Assembly (NCBI GenBank): GCA_027620595.1
Contig: JAQCDI010000002.1
Location: forward strand, 1 to 32,314
DNA: 32,314 nt
From: Bacteroidota bacterium
GTDB lineage: Bacteria; Bacteroidota; Rhodothermia; Rhodothermales; UBA10348
Reading direction: 5' to 3'
The position numbers and the translations under genes are program-made. The notes below the pieces were generated by a model. The model did not search any database, was not told the DNA's origin, and was given only the letters and a program-made list of their open reading frames with translations. Below are positions 17,900 through 25,395 of this stretch, piece by piece (the first letter of the stretch is position 1; each line of letters starts with the position of its first letter).

Positions 17900-20311
17900 T
17901 CAGCGCATCAAGGATTCAGCGGGGCCGGAAAGGCGGAGTTCGATGAGGCCGGATGCGCCCGTGTTTTCAGCCGGTGCCTTGACCATCAGCGTCCACGCTC
18001 CTTCGGGCACCCGGAAATCGTCGGGGTTGACCCTCACCTGACGCACCACCTGCCACGAGGGGGAATACACCGTGGCCGATGCGCCGCCCCGATACGCCAG
18101 GATCTGGCCTTCCTCAAGGGACACGGTCACGCCCGAGGCCGCTCCTTCCACCCCCAGGAACAGCGATTCCAGGGCGCCTTCAGCGGCCCGAACAGTAAAA
18201 AAGAGCGACTGTGCCGCAAATGCATTCTCCATGGCGTGCGTCTCTTCGGCCGGTTCGCCCGGCTGTCGTTCCCGCTGCACATAGGTCAGGCGATGGGTTG
18301 CCACGGGGGTCAGGAGGAACGAATCCTGCGCCGGCTCATCCAGATGGAATTCTCCGGAAACGTCTTCCATGGCCGCTTTCTGCGATGGCGAGAAGAAACC
18401 ACCGAGACGCGCGCGCTCCCATCGGTTGAGCAGGGTCAGGATTTCCCCGGTTCGCCCATTTTCCTGGAGCGCCTCCATGCTCGTGGACAGGGCGTACCCG
18501 GCGTCGTAGGCGGCCGAACGGGCCAGCATCCATTCGATATCCTCCACGCTCGTCTCCGGTCGCAGGCTGAACCATCCCAGCATGGCGGGCATAAAGTTGC
18601 GCCGGAAGTAGGCCTGGTTCTTCATGCGGTACTCGGTCTGGCTCTCGCGGAAGCCGGCGTACCACGGTTCGCCCCAGTTCATGCGCGTGTAAAGGTGCCA
18701 GAACCAGTGCGACGTCCGGCTGGCGGTCACGATCCAGTCCTCCCGGTCCGCTTCGGGCAGCGCATCCCAGAAGGACTGCGCAAACAGGATCTCCCCGTAG
18801 TTGCCCATGCCCGTGGAGCGGTTGCCCTCGAGCCCGTCGAAGGAGACGTGCTTGAGGCCGCCTCCGGCATAGACCGCGGCCATCTTCTGCGCCATTTCGA
18901 TGGTCAATTCCGGGTTCGTGAGGAATACCCGGTAGCCGTGATCGGCCAGCAGGGATACGGGCGAACCGGCTTCGTGCGCCGCCGCGCGCGTCCCGAACGC
19001 CCCGCGGGTAAGTCCCGTGAGTTGCCACGGGGCCTCCGGACTGACGCCGGTGTACTGGATGAGCTCGTCGCCGATGCGGACGGTCTTCAGGGTGCTCTTC
19101 TGGCCTGCGCGGAAAGGCTCGTCGCTGGCTACCGTGATTGACGCGGTGTTTGGCCCGAAGCCTTCCGTCAAAGGTGCGCTGCCCACTACAGCCAGCCGCT
19201 CATCGGGCACGGGACTGACAAACGCGTCCTGGGGCTGGATGAAGTTCGAGAGCGTGTGGCCGCCGAGGCGCATTCCGCGCTCGGCGGCCCGCTCGGACAG
19301 TCGTTTCAGGCCGTCCACTCCGTTCGGGAAATCGTCCTCACGGAGCGTGAAGTGACCCCACGAGGAGAACGGATCCGGGTGGTAGAGGATTTCCATGCCC
19401 GCCCGCTCGACGATGTCCAGCGCTTCGTCGACGGTTTCTTCGCTGAAGGGCATTATCACATAGGCCTGGGCCGCTCGTGGGGCCTGTTTGGCCCATACCC
19501 CATCGAGGATCGGGTGCGGCAAACCTTCGGCCAATTCAATGGCGCCCAACGTTTCCAGCGCCTTGTCGCGGTCCGATCCGAAGAGCGCGATGGCACTTCC
19601 CACCATGCCGCCATCCTGGAACGCAGGTGCTTGGTAGACCGGATAGCCCATGTTGGGGATGGACCGCGTCCGGTTGCGATTGCGGGTGTAGGCCTGCAGC
19701 GTACTGCCGAAGGAATCAGGTTTGGCCGCCTCCACGCGGTAGAGAACGTGGCGTTTGCCCTCTTCCGAGAGGTCCGTGAAGTCCCCCGATTCGAAGATGT
19801 CGATCTGGGGCATGGCATCGTTCTCGTTCCACGGATAGCCACCCAGGGTCCGGATGTTGAGGGCCTGCAATCCCAGCGCGTGTTTGCCTTCCTGTACGAC
19901 GCCGACCGTCTCGCCGATCACTTCGTCCATTGTGGTGGGGTACGGCCCCCAGAGGACCAGATCCACAATCGCCGTATCTGAGAGGGCCGTAACTTCAAGA
20001 CGCGCATGGGTTTCCCGGCTCGAAACGGTGATTTGCGCGGTTCGCCCCTCTGCATAACTGAGGGTCAGTACCTCCGTGTCTGCGTCCCATGCGGCGTGTT
20101 CGGGCGCGAAGAACGTGCTGTCAACACGCAATGACAGCAGCGGTGCTGCCACGCCCGGAGCCAGTACTTCGGTGCCACCGATCTGCATGGAGGCAACCGA
20201 TCCGTCCTGGCCGACAGACACGGAGAGGTCCCCAGCCTGGAAATCCAGCGCGGACCGGGGGCCGCAACCCAGCAGGAAAAGGGCAAGCAAGAGGGGGTGG
20301 AGGAGGCGCAT
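17900..20311 (-). CDS. Large lipoprotein of unknown function
   Basis: A long stop-free frame with protein-like composition. The start is taken at MRLLHPLLLALFLLGCG (lipobox LLGC). I recognise no family motif. Confidence 0.7.
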   Translation of the reverse strand: MRLLHPLLLALFLLGCGPRSALDFQAGDLSVSVGQDGSVASMQIGGTEVLAPGVAAPLLSLRVDSTFFAPEHAAWDADTEVLTLSYAEGRTAQITVSSRETHARLEVTALSDTAIVDLVLWGPYPTTMDEVIGETVGVVQEGKHALGLQALNIRTLGGYPWNENDAMPQIDIFESGDFTDLSEEGKRHVLYRVEAAKPDSFGSTLQAYTRNRNRTRSIPNMGYPVYQAPAFQDGGMVGSAIALFGSDRDKALETLGAIELAEGLPHPILDGVWAKQAPRAAQAYVIMPFSEETVDEALDIVERAGMEILYHPDPFSSWGHFTLREDDFPNGVDGLKRLSERAAERGMRLGGHTLSNFIQPQDAFVSPVPDERLAVVGSAPLTEGFGPNTASITVASDEPFRAGQKSTLKTVRIGDELIQYTGVSPEAPWQLTGLTRGAFGTRAAAHEAGSPVSLLADHGYRVFLTNPELTIEMAQKMAAVYAGGGLKHVSFDGLEGNRSTGMGNYGEILFAQSFWDALPEADREDWIVTASRTSHWFWHLYTRMNWGEPWYAGFRESQTEYRMKNQAYFRRNFMPAMLGWFSLRPETSVEDIEWMLARSAAYDAGYALSTSMEALQENGRTGEILTLLNRWERARLGGFFSPSQKAAMEDVSGEFHLDEPAQDSFLLTPVATHRLTYVQRERQPGEPAEETHAMENAFAAQSLFFTVRAAEGALESLFLGVEGAASGVTVSLEEGQILAYRGGASATVYSPSWQVVRQVRVNPDDFRVPEGAWTLMVKAPAENTGASGLIELRLSGPAESLMR

Positions 20312-20507
20312 GTCGGAACGTCGGGGAGGTTTGAGGGACAACATACATCATCCTTTTCGAGTCCATCGTCAAGTTTTCACATGCCGGAAGCGCTTTTCAT
20401 GGGGTGGGTAAGGTTTCCCCTACACGTTTAGGGGCGAGCCCTGTACAAATGGGCCATCGTGCGGTGAGGTAAGTTGTATCTGCATCCACCCGAACCCTGA
20501 TCCGATC

Positions 20508-22382
20508 ATGAAAGCTGACTGGAAAACCCGCTACGCGGACAAGATCTTCGACGCCCAAACGGCGCTCTCCTACCTAAAGAGCGGCCGCCGTGTGTTCATC
20601 GGCTCCGGCGCTGCCGAACCCCAGTCCTTGGTGCGCGCCCTCGTGTCCAACGAAAGCGCCCAGGACATCGAAATCTGTCACATCATGACCCTGGGAACGG
20701 CTCCCTACTCCGACCCCGGGTGCAGCCCGCGCTTCCGGCACAATGCCTTCTTCATTGGGCACAACGTGCGTTCGTGTGTGGCTCGTGGCGATGCGGACTA
20801 CACGCCCATGTTCCTCTCGGAAATCCCGAAGCTGTTCCGCAATCGGCGCATGCTGCTTGACGTGGCGCTGATCCAGGTCAGCGAGCCGGATGAGCACGGG
20901 TACTGCAGCTACGGCGTGGCCACGGACATCGTGAAGGCGGCTGCCGAGAATGCCCGCGTCGTGATTGCGGAGGTCAACTCGAATGCACCGCGTGCCCTTG
21001 GGGACAGCTTCATCCATGCGGACAAGATTACGCGTATGGTGCCGAGCGACGAGCCGCTGCTCGAAGCGCCGCAAGGCACGCCGGATGAGCTGTCAAAGGC
21101 CATTGCCCGGAACATCACCGGTCTGATTCCGAACGGGGCCACACTGCAGCTGGGCATCGGCTCCATTCCGGACGCCGTGCTCCACTTCCTCACCGATCAC
21201 AAGGACCTCGGCATCCACACCGAGATGTTCTCCGATGGCATCATTCCGCTGGTCGAGAAAGGCGTCATCAACAACTCGAAGAAGACCCTGCACCCGGGCA
21301 AGATCGTGGCCAGTTTCGTCCTCGGATCGAAGAAGCTCTACGACTTCATCGACAACAACCCGATGATTGAATTCCGGCCCTCGGAATACACGAACGACCC
21401 GTTCATCATCGCCCAGAACAACAAGATGATCTCGATCAACTCGGCCATCGAGGTGGATATGACAGGCCAGGTGTGTGCCGACTCCATCGGGGAGCGGTTC
21501 TACAGCGGTGTGGGTGGTCAGGTTGACTTCGTGCGCGGGGCGCGTCGGGCTCCCGATGGGAAGGCCATCATCGCCCTGCCCTCGACGGCAGCCGGCGGAA
21601 CGGTTTCGCGCATCGTGCCGCACCTCAAGCAGGGTGCCGGCGTGGTCACGTCCCGCGCCGACGTGCAGTATGTCGTGACCGAATACGGCACGGCCTATCT
21701 CTATGGCAAATCGGTCCTCGAGCGGGCCCTGGCGCTGATCCAGATTGCGCATCCGAAATTCCGCCCATGGCTCATGGCCGAGGCCAAGGCCCGTCACCTC
21801 GTGCAGGCCGACCAGATCGAGATGCCCTTCAGCACGCCCGAGTATCCGATCGAACTCGCAGAGTCCTTCGTGACCAACCAGGGGACGCTCATCGAGCTGC
21901 GCCCGATCAAGATCACGGACGAAGGCCAGATGCGCGAGCTGTTCTACTCCCTGAGCCAGGCCACCATCTACCAGCGCTTCTTCTCCACCATCAAGAGCAT
22001 GCCGCACGAACGGCTCCAGGAATTCCTGCGGGTGGACTACAAGAGGGACATGGCGGTTGTGGCCGTGGCTGGCGAAGGCGAGGATGCCCGTATCGTGGGC
22101 GTGGGCCGCTACATCCTCAACGAGCGCACCAACATGGCCGAAGTAGCCCTTCTCGTGGGGGACAAGCACCAGGGACAGGGCATCGGCAAGGCGCTTCTGC
22201 ACGCGCTCATCACCGCGGCCCGCAAGAACGCTATCTCGGGATTCGATGCCAAGGTCCTGGTCGAGAACAAGGCCATGCTGACCCTCCTGCACCGTGCGTT
22301 CGACCAGGTGGAAAGCTCACTTGACGGAGAGATCTACACCCTGTCGATGAAGTTTGCCGATGTCGTGGAGGAGGCGGTCTGA
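20508..22382 (+). CDS. Acetyl-CoA hydrolase/transferase-family domain fused to a C-terminal Pat-like GNAT acetyltransferase
   Basis: 624 aa. The N-terminal ~430 aa carry CoA-transferase/hydrolase features (RVFIGSGAAEPQ, GIHTEMFSDG, INSAIEVDMTGQV..SGVGGQVDF). The C-terminal ~150 aa are GNAT-like (LRPIKITDEGQMRELFYSLSQATIYQRFFS..VALLVGDKHQGQGIGKALL). Confidence 0.85.
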   Translation: MKADWKTRYADKIFDAQTALSYLKSGRRVFIGSGAAEPQSLVRALVSNESAQDIEICHIMTLGTAPYSDPGCSPRFRHNAFFIGHNVRSCVARGDADYTPMFLSEIPKLFRNRRMLLDVALIQVSEPDEHGYCSYGVATDIVKAAAENARVVIAEVNSNAPRALGDSFIHADKITRMVPSDEPLLEAPQGTPDELSKAIARNITGLIPNGATLQLGIGSIPDAVLHFLTDHKDLGIHTEMFSDGIIPLVEKGVINNSKKTLHPGKIVASFVLGSKKLYDFIDNNPMIEFRPSEYTNDPFIIAQNNKMISINSAIEVDMTGQVCADSIGERFYSGVGGQVDFVRGARRAPDGKAIIALPSTAAGGTVSRIVPHLKQGAGVVTSRADVQYVVTEYGTAYLYGKSVLERALALIQIAHPKFRPWLMAEAKARHLVQADQIEMPFSTPEYPIELAESFVTNQGTLIELRPIKITDEGQMRELFYSLSQATIYQRFFSTIKSMPHERLQEFLRVDYKRDMAVVAVAGEGEDARIVGVGRYILNERTNMAEVALLVGDKHQGQGIGKALLHALITAARKNAISGFDAKVLVENKAMLTLLHRAFDQVESSLDGEIYTLSMKFADVVEEAV

Positions 22383-22407
22383 TCCCCGGCGCGACATTCA
22401 GAAAACA

Positions 22408-25074
22408 TCAGTTGGACACCACCGGAGCAATCCGACGCAGTTCCGCATGGAAATCCGTGATGGCACCCATGCGGAATCTTGGCTCATCTTCGTTGAAATT
22501 GGAGAGGGCGATGCAGACCAATCGCGAGCCGTCCGCCGATATATCGAATTGCAGCACTTCAGCTCCTGTGACTTTCTCTTCGGGGCCAATCGGCTCGAAA
22601 TACGGATCGATCGTTATGCGCCTGCGTCGCACGCCATCGTGGGACTGGAAGTAGAGCCAATTCCCGTCGGCCGTCCAGGCCGACATGGGATGTCGGTTGG
22701 TCTGGTACGTGGGAAGGCGCTCAGATACCAGGTGGAGGCTGCCGTCCTCGATGCCCATTACCCAGATGGAAACCCCTTCGGTATTCTGCGTACCGTAACT
22801 GACGAACCGACCGTCGGGAGAGAATCGGGGCCAGCCGTGGCGTCCAGGTCCTGCGTCGAGTTCGCGGATCGCACCGGACTCCAGCTCCAGCAGGAAAAGC
22901 TCGGAATAGCCGTCCACGTTGGCTGACAGGAAGACAACGAATCGGCCGTCCGGCGACCAGTCCAGGGCGCCGGTACCCGCAGGGGTCTCAATTTCCTCGA
23001 TGGAGCCCGAACGATTCCGGTTCCTGCGGAAAAGCATGTTGTTCGACTCATAGATGATCGTCGATCCGTCAGGCGAATAGGCTGCATTGTCGGCGTCACC
23101 CTCGGACTCAATCGTGAACTGCCGTGCAATGCCCGTTTCCAGATTGTATTCCTTCAAGATCTGGGAACCTGACTCGACATTGTGGCGGACGATGACATGC
23201 TGGCCATCCGGTGAAATCCTGGGCTGTGCCGAAGTCAAGCTGAGTTCAATGGAACGACCCACTTCCCGGGTCTCGCCGTCGAGCACCCGCAAGGTGGAAC
23301 CGAACGCTCCATCGCTGTTGACCATCCGCACCGAATAGTAGACCCCGTTCGGGTCAATGGCGAACAGCCATGGGTTGAACCCTTCATCAACGATACCGGA
23401 GGGTCCGAGGAATTCAGCTTGTTCCGGATCGAAGGCACGAGCCATCAGCGTGGATGAATTGTCCAGATACAACAGGTGCCTGGACGTCGAATACTCGACG
23501 GGAATACCGTCAGTAAGTGGGGTGATCTCACCGCTGCCTATGTCTACCATGACGATAGTCCAGACGGCGCCCTGATCCGGACGCGCAGCCATGAAGATCC
23601 GATCATCACGTCCAAATGAAACGGGACCCGAAATCTGACGGTACGCTTCCTGTCCTTTGACAACGACGCGAACCTCGCCCCCCGAAGCGGGGAATTGCAG
23701 CAATTCGTTTCCTGTGGAGTCCGCCCTGACAACCAGAAGGGAGCCGTCGGGAAGCCACGTGAATCCGCTGTGGGGCTCTTCGAATACCGTCATGGGAGCA
23801 CCCCCGGCGAGGCGGATCTTCTGCAGGACATCTCCTGACTGGAAGGCCACCCACTCATCGTCGTAGGACAGTTCCAGGAACGGCAGGGAGGAAGCGGTGC
23901 CCAGATGGGAGAATTCGCCGGTGCGAAGGTCCACCCGGTGCAGCCCCAAGCCCGCTGGCGACCCGCCGGAACCAAGAAGAAATGAACCATCGTGACTGGT
24001 GGTGAAGCCGCCGAGTCTTCCGAGGCCCTCTACTTCCAGCACGAATCGTTTGGGGGCAGGATAGAACGGTTCCGCCTGGTCCTGGTAAAACAGCAGCCAT
24101 CCCAGTCCTACCCCGAGCGGCAGGAGGAGAAGGAATAACCATGTGGGGGCGAACCGCCGCCCGGACGATGCGGCAGATGCAGCCGGTGTCGCTGCCGAGG
24201 AAACCGTTGTTGCCGAGGTCCGAGTCAGCCCTGTGGCGCTGAGATCCACCGTCTTGAGGTCCACGATCAGGTCGGCACAGGACTGGTAGCGCTCGGCCGG
24301 GTCCTTGGCCAGCATCTTGGTCACGATCCACTCAAGGCCCATGGGCACGCCCGTTCGGACGCTCGTGAGTGGGGCCGGCATTTCGTTGAGGATGCCGTAC
24401 ATGACGGCCTTTTCGTACTCGCCCGCAAACGGGAGACGTCCGGCGATCATCTCATAGAGCATGATGCCCAGGCTCCAGATGTCGGTGCGATGATCCACCT
24501 CCTCGCCCCGGGCCTGTTCCGGACTCATGTAGGCCACCGTTCCCAGCGTGGAGCCGAGCCGCGTCAGCATGGTGGACTGCGCCGTCTTGGCCAAGCCGAA
24601 ATCCAGCACCTTGGCGTCCCCGTCCCGGGTGAGCATCACATTCTGGCTCTTGATGTCCCGGTGCACAATGTTCTTGGCATGGGCAGCCTTCAGGGCATCG
24701 GCCACCTGTATCGTGGTCTGGACACACCGCCGAAGGTCCATCGGCCCCTTCTGGACCTCATCCCGAAGCGCCTTTCCATCGATGAATTCCATGGCGATGA
24801 ACGGCGAGGGCTGCGTCCCGTGGGGCGCATCGGAGGGCACCGCCTCATCGATCTCGAACACCGAGGCGATGTGCGGATGGTGAAGCTGCGCCGCGCTCTT
24901 GGCCTCGCGGTAGAAGCGCTCGCGGTCATCCTTGGATGCCAGGGCCGCACTCGGCAGCACCTTGATGGCCACGGTCCGATCGAGCCGGGTGTCCTCGGCG
25001 CGGTAGACGATACCCATGCCGCCGCGGCCGAGCTCGTCTTCGATTCGATAATGGGAGAGGGTGGACCCGATCAT
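22408..25074 (-). CDS. Ser/Thr protein kinase with one transmembrane helix and an extracytoplasmic TolB-like PD40 beta-propeller
   Basis: Hanks kinase motifs are present: GRGGMGIVYRA, AIKVL, HRDIKSQN, DFGLA, YMSPEQ. A transmembrane segment (WLFLLLLPLGVGLGWLLF) is followed by repeated SPDG motifs (SPDGQHVIV, SPDGSTIIY, SPDGRFVVF, SPDGRFVSY). Confidence 0.9.
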   Translation of the reverse strand: MIGSTLSHYRIEDELGRGGMGIVYRAEDTRLDRTVAIKVLPSAALASKDDRERFYREAKSAAQLHHPHIASVFEIDEAVPSDAPHGTQPSPFIAMEFIDGKALRDEVQKGPMDLRRCVQTTIQVADALKAAHAKNIVHRDIKSQNVMLTRDGDAKVLDFGLAKTAQSTMLTRLGSTLGTVAYMSPEQARGEEVDHRTDIWSLGIMLYEMIAGRLPFAGEYEKAVMYGILNEMPAPLTSVRTGVPMGLEWIVTKMLAKDPAERYQSCADLIVDLKTVDLSATGLTRTSATTVSSAATPAASAASSGRRFAPTWLFLLLLPLGVGLGWLLFYQDQAEPFYPAPKRFVLEVEGLGRLGGFTTSHDGSFLLGSGGSPAGLGLHRVDLRTGEFSHLGTASSLPFLELSYDDEWVAFQSGDVLQKIRLAGGAPMTVFEEPHSGFTWLPDGSLLVVRADSTGNELLQFPASGGEVRVVVKGQEAYRQISGPVSFGRDDRIFMAARPDQGAVWTIVMVDIGSGEITPLTDGIPVEYSTSRHLLYLDNSSTLMARAFDPEQAEFLGPSGIVDEGFNPWLFAIDPNGVYYSVRMVNSDGAFGSTLRVLDGETREVGRSIELSLTSAQPRISPDGQHVIVRHNVESGSQILKEYNLETGIARQFTIESEGDADNAAYSPDGSTIIYESNNMLFRRNRNRSGSIEEIETPAGTGALDWSPDGRFVVFLSANVDGYSELFLLELESGAIRELDAGPGRHGWPRFSPDGRFVSYGTQNTEGVSIWVMGIEDGSLHLVSERLPTYQTNRHPMSAWTADGNWLYFQSHDGVRRRRITIDPYFEPIGPEEKVTGAEVLQFDISADGSRLVCIALSNFNEDEPRFRMGAITDFHAELRRIAPVVSN

Positions 25075-25157
25075 GGCATGCTGTGGTGAGGGATCCGCAA
25101 ATATCGGCTATTCCGCGGGGAAGGGCAATGAAGGGGCGGAACAGGCCATGAACCAAG

Positions 25158-25188
25158 AAACCCCACCAGCACGAGGCTGATGGGGTTT
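25158..25188 (-). terminator. Hairpin immediately downstream of the tRNA
   Basis: AAACCCCACCAG (25158-25169) pairs with CTGATGGGGTTT (25177-25188), with one G-U pair. On the minus strand it is followed by a moderately T-rich run, TTTCTTGGTT. Confidence 0.45.
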
Positions 25189-25195
25189 CGACGAG

Positions 25196-25268
25196 TGGGC
25201 CCGGCAGGACTTGAACCTGCGACCTATCGATTATGAGTCGACAGCTCTAACCGCTGAGCTACGGGCCC
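25196..25268 (-). tRNA. tRNA with anticodon CAT (elongator-type, probably tRNA-Ile2 read via lysidine, otherwise tRNA-Met)
   Basis: The reverse complement, GGGCCCGTAGCTCAGCGGTTAGAGCTGTCGACTCATAATCGATAGGTCGCAGGTTCAAGTCCTGCCGGGCCCA, folds as a 73-nt cloverleaf. It has a 7-bp acceptor stem, GCTC/GAGC D stem, GTCGA/TCGAT anticodon stem, CTCATAA loop and GCAGG/CCTGC T stem. No CCA is encoded. Confidence 0.93.
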
Positions 25269-25395
25269 GGCTGCCGATGAACAGAGTCCCGGCGCGGCGC
25301 AAAATACGCACACAGCAACGCCACGTTTGTTGAAGAAAGATTGGGGTCTGCGGGAAAGCGTACTATTATCGCACCGTACCCACCCGGACCCCGCC

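Noticed and set aside
20417-20434. Small hairpin CCCCTA-N6-TAGGGG upstream of the CoA-transferase-GNAT gene
   Set aside because: The stem is only 6 bp, there is no T-tract and the hairpin does not recur, so there is not enough to call a regulatory element.
25075-25395. The tRNA gene as a possible integration site for a genomic island
   Set aside because: There is no integrase, no direct repeat of the tRNA 3' end and no compositional shift on either side. The flanking genes (kinase, PQQ dehydrogenase) have native-looking composition.
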